DNA from: Podarcis bocagei
Lineage: Eukaryota
Reading direction: 5' to 3' (one strand)
DNA: 64,000 nt
NCBI GenBank assembly: GCA_964188305.1
Contig: OZ076886.1
The notes beneath the pieces are model-generated. The model was given only the letters and a program-made list of their open reading frames with translations. It was not told the DNA's origin and did no database searches. The translations under genes were made by a program, and so were the position numbers. Positions 26,571 through 39,600 of the stretch are shown in pieces (the first letter of the stretch is position 1; every line of letters starts with the position of its first letter).

Positions 26571-29500
26571 CTATACAAAAAAGAAGGGAGAAAGTGTTAA
26601 GTTGTCTGTATCACCCAATAAAATCATTCTAGTTGGTGATTCTGCTTCTTTCTTAGTCTCATAGAACCATTTGCTGGAAGGGAATTTACAGAAGAACACA
26701 GTTTTCAGAACTAACTGTTATTCCGATAACAGTTGAAACCCTTCTCTGGATGGAGAATATGTGTTTTTATGAAGTTCATGGAACGGGAGGCCAGGTCTCT
26801 GAACAAGCTAGATGTCCTTATATTTTAATTTTCTAGTCTCAGGCTTGCCCAAAGATTGTGCTTCTATGACATATCCTTATTATGTAGTACATACAGAACT
26901 AAAACAGCCGTGTAAATAATTTTTCAGGGAGCATATACTCTTACTTCAGATACTTCTCTTCTTTATTCCTCTCTCCTGATGCTCATCACTGCACTTCCGC
27001 TGTTGTGACACTGACTGTGTAAATCTTAGTCATTATAAACTGGGACTGGCATCTGGAATAGCTTCAAATGTATTTTTCCACCTTGAAAACCACTATTCAA
27101 CACTCTATGTGCTAGCTCTCTCTGTTTCTCTTTCCTAGCCATATTTGTTTGTTTATTTGAAAAACTTCAAAGGACAAATCTTAGATATAGCACGTGGTTA
27201 GCAAGCGGAGAGCTTAATAGTAAGCCTACATTATAATGGCATGTTAAGCCAAACCCTGGCTTAGCTCAGTGCAGGTTGGTGGTATAAAAGACAGGAGGAA
27301 CTAAGCAGTCACATGTTTGAGTGACCCCAGTAAGCCAGTTTGGCTTACCATGATGTGTGAATCAAGTCACAGTATTTTTGCTTCACGCATTACGCTAAAC
27401 CATGGTTCAGTGCTTACATGAGTGAGCCTCCACAACTCTGAGCAAAGCTCATGTTCTCCCCTCCCCACTCCTGTTTCTGCTGTACAGTAAGCCAGCAGCT
27501 TACAGGGGGCGATGTTCCAAGAATCGCGCTTAAAGCCAAAATCTCATACTGTATAGTCAAAACACAATGGCGGGAGGGGTTGTCAAAGTCTCTTTTCTCA
27601 GACACCCACCCCTTTCCTCCCATTTTTTCCCTTACTTTTTTGCCAAGTGCATAAAGCTGAATGCATACAAGTTAAATGTGTGTAAGATATGAGTTTAGTT
27701 TTGCTTTCAAAGAATATTGGCTTGGGGTAATGAACTTACCAGAGATTCCAGTTTGCACATAATGTTCAGTTGAACAAATCAGCTCAATAACCCCTTGTGC
27801 AAAGGAAAGGAAAGCACATGAGCCCAATTCTTTGCTCAGGTTTCTGGGGATCATTGACTTGGTGTTAAATAAACCATGGTTTAGTGTTCTGTATGTAGAT
27901 ATAGATAATCTGGAGTATTCAAGCATTTTTTTGCATCTGACACTGGTGTGTTAGGGGGTCAAGTGAGTGAGATCATTAGAACAGTGTTGATATAGTGGAA
28001 TTGTTACACACAGCCTGAAGGGCAGAAAACCCAGAATCTGCTATCTAACATAGTTCGGATCTACAGAACATTAAGAAAACACAACATGCAATTTACGGCT
28101 GTTCTCATTATAGTAGTTCACAGTCATCACAGTCAGCTTGTTAAATCTGCTTTGTTATCTTGTTAATGTGAATAGAAGGTTATTTGATTAAGTGATCCGA
28201 ACACATGGCAGATACTCATTCTATAGGTACTACTGCACAAGACTTAAGAACATATATGGTATTTTGCAGTATACAAAATATAAAAGCTAGCTACATATAT
28301 AAAATGCATCTTCTCCACCATTTTAATTTCCCCCTTTCTTAAAAGGTCATCTTTTAATTCATTTTTCTCCCATTCTAATGGAAACATTTTCATTAAGTTG
28401 GCCTGTACGGCACTGAGCTTATCTTTATAAATTCCATTTCAATTATGAAATAAATGTTGGCTTATGCAGGTACTTCAGATCTCTTCTGTTGATTTTCCAT
28501 AAGCCTGAGGCTTTTTTACTCTCTTAACCTTTAACCATGCTGGTGGCCTTGGTCTACAGTAATAATCAAGCCATCATTACCTTTTAAGAACCTCCACCTC
28601 ATCCATTTGCCATGGGAGTTCTCTTGTGCTATTTTCAGCAGCAAAAGACTGTCCAATTACCTTCCTCTATTCCTGTAATTCTCCTCACCTGCTCGCACAA
28701 CACATTTACAACCTCCCCTCTGCCCTATTTGATTATCCAGCAGTGCTGGCCATGAGAGGCATTGGAGTAATGACAGGCTTTCACAACCATCATGCTTGAG
28801 GATGCAAGAATCAGCAGAATGGTGGAAATGAGAAATGAAACAAGCTAAAACCTTTAACTGCATTGCTGGTCTCTATGAACTCCTAGCTGAATGCACAGCT
28901 TCCCACATCCATTAAGCACTTTGAACCTTGCTTTCAAGCTGGATTGTATTAAAATGACTTGACTTGTGAGAATAAAAAAACCCAGGATAGAACTCTTCCT
29001 ATGACTATATAAAGCCTCCCTTTCCTCCACATTACATCTGTACAAATAATGATGATTTGTTCAGCTTTGATTAATTGATATTAATCGGTCAAGCCATGAC
29101 AAGCAGCACTGTTAAAACAAATGCGAAACAAAATATCAATCAATTCACAAAGCAAGCCCAATGACATCACTGGTGCAGCAGGCAACTTTTGTCACAGTAG
29201 TTGCGCTCAACACCTCCTCAGCGAGTGGTGGGACTGCCTTCATTATGTCAATCCCTTACATCAATGACACCATAGCAACCAGGCTCAGCTTTATTAATTA
29301 TGACAACTTCATCTGTTGTGGCAACAGGAACAACTGAAATGTTTAATTAAAAATGCAGAAGTTTCTCAGGGGCAGTTGTCACCATAACAGCATGCAGATA
29401 CGCCTTCTGCGCATTTGTAACACTTCGTAACAGTTACTGTCTAACTTTGCAGGTTTGCCATTTCTCTGGCCACAGAATACTTTTCACAATGAATTTTCCA

Positions 29501-31897
29501 CTCCAACACATCTACTAAACCTTTTCCTGACAACTGAAGGCCATTATAAATATGATACAATTATTTTATATTAAATGTTATTACATGACCTTCACAAACC
29601 CAAATTGTCAAGTGATCCTGATGAGCCCAGATACACAATATTTGGTATAGCTAACAAAAGGAGGCTGATGAGTATTCCTCATATGTAGCACAGAGAGATG
29701 GGTGTGAATTCTGAGCTGTTGTACCTTCTTGCATGCCATACACACAGAGGTACTAGAAATGCAGGAGTTCCTGAGATCCGCCCCCCCCAAAGGGATTGTA
29801 AACACCTTGAAAGATTGGTTTAACAAAGACAGAATACCAACTTTTTATAGTACAGCTGTTGTGAAGCTTAAATATCTAAATTGTACTATGAGCTGACGAA
29901 ACCAGAGAACCAGTAACATCCACGCTCATCACTGTGCAGTTACCTTATATAAATATGCTACTTCAAGATGCGTTTTTCTGTTTTCAATATTTTTTCTTCT
30001 TTTGAGTGTTAGCATATAAATTTACAAATCTCATATGAAAAATGAACATGTCAAAAATAAGATAATGCTGGGTAAAACAGGACATTTGGAACAGCATAAA
30101 AATATAACCAGCACTTAATGGTATTCCCGAGGGTTATTTTAAACTGTGCATTAATGTTTGTGAACAGCAGCAAAGATGTCATTTTCCCCCCTAAGGGCAC
30201 AAGAATTGGTCAGATGATATCTGCAGCGGCTTCCTTACCTATGTAAATAAAAAAAGATATATGCATAGCCACTCATATGTTATGCACTACTATTGCCTGA
30301 GATTAACCTGCATGTAAAACAACCCTGTGGATTAGTGCAATGTGGATTTTACCTGCAAAATATAAGGCTTGATTACGCCCTCATAATATCAAAACATACC
30401 AGGGCACAGTGTCTTCTGCTGCATCCATCTTCCAGTTAGTAAAGACAGTGAAAGTTCTTAGTAGTAACTGCAGCCTGCAATTTATGCATGTTCCAATGCA
30501 GTTGGTTCAGCTAACCATGGAAAAACTACATCCCTTACTTAAATCATTGATAGTAAGCAAGTCAGTATCTCTGTGCCCTAAAGGCAATTTGACCAGGGGG
30601 TGGGGCAGGGTGGGAGGGGGAACAGTCAAACAGCAACTTTAAATGGATGAACGGATGTTGTGGAGTATGTAAGAGACTGTAGTGAACTGAGGTTTTTATT
30701 TATTTTTCCAGTAACTCCCTATAATCACTCCACCCCCCCCCACTCATTGCCTGAAGGGAAAGTGTGTAACAATTTCACTAAATCAACATGGTTCTAATGA
30801 TCTCACTCACTTGACCCCCTAGCACACCAGTGTCAGATGCAAACACGCTTACAATAAACTTCACTCCATCTTTAGCTCCTCTCTGACAGGTTTTGATTCA
30901 TGGGGTGCTGAAACCCATCTGAGGAAAATTACCTCTATCAAAACACTGCTATCTCAGCATCTATCAAGCTCTGCTAGAGCCCTGGGGCATGCTCAGATAT
31001 GCACATGGGCATTTGTGTATGTGAAGTGGGGGGTGGAAGCTGACCTTTCCTGTGAAGTGACAGATAAATTTATTGAAGCTGGTGATTTCCAGGTTTTCTT
31101 ATTTTACTACTCACGTAGAAAGATTTAGAGAAGGATCCAAAGTACAAAAGGTTTCCCATTTAAAGTATTTTATTTTATTCAGGTAGGATTCTCAAAACTG
31201 AAATCTAGTACACAGCCAGGCATCCCATGATACTTCACACTTTAAAAAATTAAATCTTTGCAAAAAAACAAACAAAAACAAACCCTGTGCAATCGCAATG
31301 TATGAAGTTGCATGAATATTTTACTGCAAGGTACATGGCTTATGAAGCTCCGCATCAGAAAACAATACAGTCAACTCACAGAATCATTTCAAAAAAATAG
31401 TTCTCGCTCTTTTGCCCGAAAAGAAATGCTTAGAGAAACACAGACAAAAAGCTAAGTAATCAGAGGAGGTAGACAAAGGATTTCATTGGCCATAGGCTTG
31501 TTTTTTTTGGGGGGGGGGGTGTTATCTGCACACATCTCCTATGCTTGTCCTATGACTCCTATAACTATCTCCACACCTTTCTCTCCTTATTCTTCTGCTC
31601 TTCCTGAAAAGTTCCAAAATGTTTTACTACATCCAGACTTGAAAGCAAAACGATGCAAAATTAGTCTATGTGCGCACACAAACACACAGCATTTGTAAAA
31701 TAAGCACAGAACTTGCATTACTTGGAGAAAAACATACTTGGGGGCAGCACAGGCAGGAACTGAAACAAAAAACTCCTGTTTCAAATACAAATGATACGGA
31801 TTGCTCCACTGCACTTTCACACATCTTTCTGTGGAAAGCTTTGTGGACAGCCACTGGAGAGAGAAGCTGCAGGGTATAACTTGGCTGTTTAGGAAAA

Positions 31898-32047
31898 CCA
31901 GATTAGCTCAGTTGGTGAGAATGTGGTGCTGATAGCGCTGAGGTTGCGGGTTCAATCCTCGTAAGGGCCAGCTGCATTTTCCTGCAATGCAGAGGGTTGG
32001 AATAGTTGATCCTCGGGGTCCTTTCCAGATCTACAATTCTATGATTC
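31898..32047 (+). mobile_element. tRNA(Ile)-derived SINE with CR1-type 3' tail
   Basis: A-box tagctcagttggt, B-box ggttcaatcc, then cctgcaatgcagagggttgga..gtcctttcca..attctatgattc, the CR1 3' end. Confidence 0.8.
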
Positions 32048-32449
32048 GAAGTTCTGCTTTCCTTCACTGTTGCTATTAAGAACCAGCGGCTAAGCAGGAC
32101 CTCCAGCTGTTCTGCCATGCTACTGGATCGTTTTGTGGGAGTGGAGAGTGACTGAGAACAGGTGTTCGTGCAGAGCAGAGATAGATGCTTTCAAGCCCTT
32201 TAAAGCAGCAGATAAAGGCAGGGATACTCTTTGGGTGGCCCCAAGAAAGATGTGACTTACTGGATTTTGGTCATCTAGAAGTGGGGTGGGGCAGAAGAGA
32301 AAAAGTTGCCTCTTATATTTTAGGCGTGGTTTCCATTGCATAAAAAAGGAAGGAAAACCCACATTAGGCCAATGGCTGGATGATACTTCTACTGCAGCTT
32401 TACTAGGGCGGGGGCTCCATTGGATCTTCACCCCTTTGTTTATCTAGCA

Positions 32450-33087
32450 CAGGGATTAGAACTTTTTCAGCAGGGGGCCGGTCCACTGTCCCTCAGACCT
32501 TGTGGGGGGCCGGACTATATTTTGGAGGGGGGGAAATGAACGAGTAAAGTCAAGTTTTTACTGGTGGACGCTGATCCACGGATTTCTCACGTGCTAGCGG
32601 TCTTTGTGGTGAAGGCTATGAAAACTAGGGTATGGTTCCTGGATGAAACGGTGAGGTCCCTTCCATTGCTCTCCTAACCTGTTGCTATATCTTCTTCCCT
32701 GAATGGTGGGGTTTATTGGGTAGTTTCCTTGCTGGGACAGCATGGCATGAATTTTAGCTTACTTTTATAATTTTATTGTTTATCTTTTAATAATGTTTTA
32801 TGGTATTTTGTGTAAAGGCATGGCCCTCACAAATTTAATAAACTTGATGGGGAACTATTTGGGGGACAACGACGAACGAATTCCAGAGATGCATTTTAAA
32901 TAAAAGCACACATTCTACCCAAGTAAAAACAGCAGGCAGGCCCCACAAATAACCCAGAGATGCATTTTAAATAAAAGGACACATTCTACTCATGTAAAAA
33001 CATGCTGATTCCTGGACCGTCTGCGGGCCGGATTTAGAAGGCGACTGGGCCAGATCCGGCCCCCGGGCCTTAGTTTGCCCAACCATG
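32450..33087. mobile_element. Non-autonomous hAT element
   Basis: Perfect 8-bp TSD atctagca at 32442-32449 and 33088-33095; imperfect CA..G TIRs; internal tandem subrepeats ccagagatgcattttaaataaaa. Confidence 0.85.
32544..32873 (+). mobile_element. RTE-X-like LINE 3' end nested in the hAT element
   Basis: Reads KVKFLLVDADPRISHVLAVFVVKAMKTR...*, then T-rich UTR, aataaa and a gac-type tail; TSD gaacga at 32538-32543 and 32874-32879. Confidence 0.65.
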
Positions 33088-33294
33088 ATCTAGCATAAAG
33101 ATCCACTGCTCTCCTTTACTGGAATGGCATCTCCTTAAAAAGTCTCAGCAGTATTTGTTTGTTGTTCTGGCATATTTATATCCAAATGACAACAATACAG
33201 ATGTTGAATCCATGTGCTGGGTGAGTAAGAGTGAAATTAGGATACAGGTGCATAGAGTAAAAAATCAAGTATGGGGCACAAGCTAGATAGGCAT

Positions 33295-33430
33295 CAGGCA
33301 TCCCCAACCTTCGGCCCTCCAGATGTTTTGGACTACAATTCCCATCATCCCTGACCACTGGTCCTGTTAGCTAGGGATCATGGGAGTTGTAGGCCAAAAC
33401 ATCTGGAGGGCTGCAGGTTGGGGATGCCTG
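33295..33430. mobile_element. Palindromic (hairpin) hAT-like MITE, 136 bp
   Basis: caggcatccccaacct...aggttggggatgcctg with near-perfect arms. Degenerate relatives at about 2060-2200, 7405-7530, 11805-11910, 45845-45970, 49305-49400 and 59657-59780. Confidence 0.85.
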
Positions 33431-33932
33431 GGCTATATTTATGCAAAGGATATTTGATAGTGGTTTTGCCTTCAAAGAGTAAGAGTTATAGCTTGTGCAA
33501 TAAACAATTAGTGTATCCCAAATGGGCAGATAAAGTATCAACTAAGGAGGCAGCTTGATAGCAGGTGGGGTATCCTTATTTAGTCTTGATACCCTTTGGA
33601 TATATTAGTTTAATTTTTTTACTACAGTACTGCCTTTTTATTTTTAATAAATGTTTTATTCAAGTATTGTTTATTGCATTCTTTTATTCTTTGCCTAGGT
33701 AGCTGGGCACCTCCATTTTATAGGGAGAAAGTGGGATAGAAAACTATCCAAATAAATATGGAAACAAAAATTAAAAAATTATATACATTCATGAGAGTAG
33801 CATTTATTATCTTGATTTTTATCACAAAGTACCTTTTCTTGGCTGTCAGAATAGCCAGTCAGTCAGCTAAGCACCTTCCCATTAAACAGCCACTATCAGA
33901 ACTTACTTTGTAAATATCCTATCTTCGTAAAT

Positions 33933-34521
33933 ATTCTGGGCTGCATCAATAGGAGTATAGCATCTAGATCAAGGGAAGTAATAGTGCCATTGTATTCTGC
34001 TCTGGTCAGACCTCACCTGGAGTACTGTGTCCAGTTCTGGGCACCACAGTTCAAGGACACTGACAAACTGGAACGTGTCCAGAGGAGGGCAACCAAAATG
34101 GTCAAAGGTCTGGAAACGATGCCTTATGAGGAACGGCTAAGGGAGCTGGGCATGTTTAGCCTGGAGAAGAGGAGGTTAAGGGGTGATATGATAGCCATGT
34201 TCAAATATATAAAAGGATGTCATATAGAGGAGGGAGAAAGGTTGTTTTCTGCTGCTCCAGAGAAGCGGACACGGAGCAATGGATCCAAACTACAAGAAAG
34301 AAGATTCCACCTAAACATTAGAAAGAACTTCCTGACAGTAAGAGCTGTTCGACAGTGGAATTTGCTGCCAAGGAGTGTGGTGGAGTCTCCTCCTTCGGAG
34401 GTCTTTAAGCAGAGGCTTGACAACCATATGTCAGGAGTGCTCTGATGGTGTTTCCTGCTTGGCAGGGGGTTGGACTCGATGGCTCTTGTGGTCTATTCCA
34501 ACTCTATGATTCTATGATTCT
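33933..34521 (+). mobile_element. CR1 LINE, 5'-truncated (ORF2 C-terminus and 3' UTR)
   Basis: ORF 33984-34445 [57 protein letters not shown] is diagnostic of CR1; tail ctatgattctatgattct. Confidence 0.96.
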
Positions 34522-36318
34522 AAAAGGAACAAAAGGCAGCACTTTGGATCCTCAGAAGCTTCATGATCTAATGAGTGTCCTCAGAAGCCCAATCTCTTGT
34601 AGCATCTTTCAGAATGGATTAGAGTGTTTTTAGAGACAAAATAAAGCTCATCATTATGAAAAAGTCTGGTGCGGTCTGTTCATCAGGCAACTCACTCCCA
34701 GTTCTCTCCAGGTTACCCTGATGCTCCAGATCCCTTTGTCTATCAGCAGGAACAGTAGCAATGGGAGTAGCAGATGTATTATCTGTGATGGGGGCCTTAG
34801 AAGGCAACTTTCTGCAAGAGGCTGGGATTTCACTCAAGGCCTGCAGGTGATATACAGGTGAGCCCTGGTCAAATTCATCTGATGAATGTTGAATGTCTTT
34901 TGTTTATGAAGGCCTTTGTTTAGCTGGTTGCTTGGGAGACTCACTCTCTGGCACAGATAGTCTGCAATTGTGGAGATAATTCTTTTCCAAGATGGCACCT
35001 AACAGGAGGACCCTGTTTGTATGGTGCCCTGGCTGCCCCATTCCCTCATCACCTGAGATGGAAGGATGGTTGGTGTCTTTGGGGTTCTGCAGTTGTTTAC
35101 TCTCTTGTTAAGTCCTTATGGCAACAGTAGTTAGAAAGGACAAATTCAGGCAGGGAGTTTTCACAGATTTTGTGATGGCAGCAGATGTTGGCAAGGCTGG
35201 GATATACGTGTGGAGGAATAGGGCTTTCCCCCTGGAGATGCATGCACTACTGCGAGGTTGTTAAGCAGCTGCAGGTCATTGTCTCAGATTTAGTGGGTCT
35301 GACCATGTGAACAAAATGGTGCCATTTTGTTGAGAAAGCAGTGTCTTCCCAATTAACCCATAAGGAAGGGAGATAGGAAAAGAGTAAGCAGAAAAGACAA
35401 ATAACAAATTTTAAATCTCTATGACTAAAAAGAGGAAGACGACAAAGAGAATGAAATAAGTTGAAATTTGAAATAAAGACTAGCTGGAAGGCAAGTACAA
35501 ATGCTGAAGTAAGAGGAGGCTCTGTCTTGGGTGAAGGCAGAGAACCAACTGGGGTGAAGACTACAATACCAGATTGCATGGCTCCTTGACTTCTTGGGCA
35601 ATAGAAGGAGTCAACTCACACTTACTGTATGCCTCTTTCATTCCAAAATGAAAATAAGCTGCTCTGTGATGCCTTAGGCCTATTGATTCACCTTGGTAAG
35701 AATGACTTGTCCAGAGAGCAGGTAAACCTCTGTATGGTTTGAAATATTGAAATATTGGAGTGAAATGTGTGGTGAGAACCTTGAATTCTTGCACTGATGA
35801 AATATTCTAGTTTGAATTACATCCTACAGAAGCTGAGGCTGCTGAAGAGACTCTTAGGTTGGGGAATTGTTTTTTTTTGGGGGGGGGTTGCTGCTGTTAT
35901 TGATATTAATTTTTTGTATCTATATTTTTAGAACACGATTTAATGTCAGATTTGTTTGATTTGGTTGCATACTTTTTGATGTGCTTGACCATTTTTGTTA
36001 CATTTGTTGCAAGCCTCCTTAGGCATGGTTCACACAACATAGTAAGCAAAAGTATGGCTTACATACATCATACAGACCTCGTTTTATTTGCAAAACAACT
36101 TTCCATAGTTAAAAGGCTTCAATCGCTGCACCAAAAGAACCTAAAATATATTGTACTGCGCCCAATCAAAGTATCCTTAGATGCCAATACCTGGCTTTTA
36201 CTAGTACTATACAACTCACAAGTTAGGTGAAGGCAAATACAGAGCAATCAGTCTCCATCACACCCTCCTTGATACTAATCAACATTCTAAGCATGTAGGT
36301 ACATCTTTCAATCTGCTT

Positions 36319-36664
36319 AAAGGTAAAGGTAAAGGGACCCCTGACCATTAGGTCCAGTCGTGGCCGATTCTGGGGTTGCAGCGCTCATCTCGCTTTACTG
36401 GCCGAGGGAGCCGGCGTACTGCTTCCGGGTCTTGTGGCCAGCATGACTAAGCTGCTTCTGGAGAACCAGAGCAGCGCACGGAAACGCCGTTTACCTTCCC
36501 ACCGGAGCAGTACCTATTTATCTACTTGCACTTTGCTTTTGAACTGCAAGGTTGGCAGGAGCAGGGACCGAGCAACGGAAGCTCACCCCGGGATTCAAAC
36601 CGCCGACCTTCTGATCGGCAAGTCCTAGGCTCTGTGGTTTAACCCACAGCGCCACCCGTGTCCC
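36319..36664 (-). mobile_element. Sauria SINE
   Basis: Same family as 14153 and 19882; TSD tttcaatctg at 36306-36315 and 36665-36674. Confidence 0.92.
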
Positions 36665-39600
36665 TTTCAATCTGTTTGGCTATTATCAATTGAGGGATGT
36701 GCCTTCATGGCATCTTTGGGTAATCTTTCTTAAAGATAAAGAGCTACATTTCTGGCTCTCACAGTGTCCTAGGACACTATGCAAGAATTCTTTTTGTCAT
36801 TAGCTTTAAGAAGTGCAATTTTAACAATTGCACTATAACAGGCGCTTTTAACTATTTATCTCTTTTCAATATACAGAGGGATGAGTCTTTATGTTCCTTT
36901 GAAGTGAAAGGAGGAATAAAAAAAATGAAGCAGTGCTAGGGAAAGGCCTCCGCAAGTTGACTAATGCAGCTGGATAGACTCATACAGCAAACTACAAAGC
37001 AATCGAGTTTCCCTAGCCTCATCTCTAAGACAATGTCTGAATATGAAAATATAGTAAGTTACCTTGAGGAAGTACACAACTGAAAGATATCAGGCAACAA
37101 ATGACAGAAGGATGCTTTCAATTAAGAAAAGGTCCACAGGAGGAAGCAATGCAGAAATTTTCAGATGAACCCTCTCGCATACCAGAATTGAGTTCTAGGA
37201 TACAATTGAAGACAGGAGCAATACAAATACAGTATGCCTGTAAGTGATCTATGAGGCTTGGTATCGTATATTTAATAGCAGGCAGTTCTGAATTCTGATG
37301 CTATGCACTTTCCCCACTCATTATGTTCCTCTCTAAACTGCCAGAGTCTAAGGTTTTGGAATACACTGTGTATTTATCTGCATGTCTATGGTAAATAGCT
37401 ACAGAGGGATAAACCATGGGTTTTTTCAGCCCTTCATACCAGCTGGTCAAGTCAACACTATGAAAACAGGTTCAATAGATCAATTGTGTACTCTGCAAGC
37501 ATGTGATAGCAGGGAACGGGGGGGGGGGGAGAGAACTATCCTTTTTTTGTTTTAAACCTGTGGCCTGTTAATTTCTTCAGGTGTCCCTTTTTAAAAAAAA
37601 TAAAAATAAGCATGACATTATCATGAATTGCATTTTACAAGCCGGTGGGAGGGCATTTATATAAAAATGAACCCTTCTGGTCACCACTCCTGTATCTCCA
37701 CTGCAGCATGACGGATGGCAGGATGAAAAGCAGAGCCTCCAGGCTTTCAGGCGATGGTAGATTAATGATGACATGGCCTTGACCTCCAAAAGGTAAAGGT
37801 TATGAAACACTCATGAGTAGCTGGCTTCCAATTTCATACCCAGAGGGTGAATGACAGCAACTGATAGTTTTGTTCTTCAAAACACTCTAATCCTGGGATG
37901 CACAGCTGTCACCCACCACCTTTTTGAAATTCATCCCAACATATTTATATCTTCTTGCTCTTTTCCCTAGTGGACTCTATTCTGTGTCTGTGTGCATCAA
38001 CTACGCGAATGACGCTCGGCAGCAAATAGTAGGGGCAATGAAACAACAGGAAACTGAAAAGTTTCAATATAATCATATTGTGACACCACTCTCCCTTTTA
38101 CAGCTCTAGAATGATATTTTGCCAAGTATTAAACTTGCTCAGTTACACATTACACATGCACTGTGATCAATGGCAGAGGCACAATCAAGGAGCTGTTAGT
38201 TTTATAGACTCCAATACCACTTACCTTCCCACTCTGCTTCTCACAAAAGACCCAAAGAATATGTGATTAATCTCCCCCTTTCAGGACTAGTCAGTCAAAT
38301 CAACACAGCTCTTTAATCTCAAAGCCCAAGAGAAAGTCAAACACTGCACAGTTCTTCCCATCCTCTAATAAGTCATGTTTCACCAAGAACTTGATGTAGT
38401 TGTAGAAGGTTGTGATGACACTGAAACAAGGTCTTTTCAGAGCCCCAAAAGTGTTGTTTAGAAATGAAGCTACAGATGTGAACTAGTGTTAAATAAGGTT
38501 ATGTTTATGTTTCTATACAACAGACAGCTGGCAGGCTCGTCCTACAATTTGATACAAAGAAAGGGCAAACTACTGTAGTCTACCACACCATGATGCTAAC
38601 TTACACATAATGCAAGATGTCAAGGCAATGATGATAATCAATATTCAACTCTATATCCACTGCAGGGTCATCACACCCCTATTTTGAAGACTACAAGACG
38701 ATAAAACTAATAAAACAAAAGCAGAGTCAGTAACAAAATCTGATAATTCTATCTAATCCGATAGAAAAAAGAATTAAGTTTCACTGTCAATGCACCTTTG
38801 CACAACTGTATCATCTTTTGGATTTAGTTGACACAAATTTTCAAGTTACACAGATCTCTACATTAAATATACAGGTCAGCGTTGGCATCATAGCAAAAAA
38901 TAAATAAAAAAGGAAATGAAAGGCAGTGCAGATCCACCAGGACTCTTTCTTCTTTACTTGACTCTTTCTGCTTAAAGCATAAATACAAGCCAGGGAAGAG
39001 AGAAAGCTTAAGAGATCAGAATTGTTTGAGGTGTTGAATTTGTTAAAGGGCAAAGTTCTGAGAGCCAGCAGTTCTGAAAGGCCTCTGTGTCAAAATACCA
39101 GGGGCCTTCACAGATAAAAGTTTATGCTTGCTCCAAACGGGATCAGCAGGGGAGTGAGGAACAAAAAAAGTCACAGCCATGTGTTAAGAGCACACCTGCA
39201 ACTCCCAGTTTAATTCTGAAGTTGAAAAGCATTCTTTGACCTAGACGTCAGAGGATGAAGCATACATATAAGGAATGCCACATGGCAGACTGAAAGAGAC
39301 ACATCTCAGGTGCAGAGTGAAAAAGTGAAAGGCTTTTGTGAGCTTTTTAATAACATAATGTAGCCTTTTCAAGATTCAAAAATATTCCAGGTAATGATGG
39401 GTACATTCAACTACCACAAACACTAGCCTTTCTCTTGAAGAAAAATATAAAACTTCTCCCTCCTCAGAGGATCAGATCACGCATTTAACAGTGTTCAAAG
39501 GATATAGTTAGGTAGCTTCACCTATTGCATTCTATGTACATGTCCACAATTAGCCTGACCCAGCGAAGGAAATTATGTGTGGGAGCAGACTTTTGTGTAC

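Noticed and set aside
31898-31970. Functional tRNA-Ile gene
   Set aside because: Stems are mismatched, there is no poly-T terminator, and it runs directly into a CR1-derived tail, so it is a SINE.
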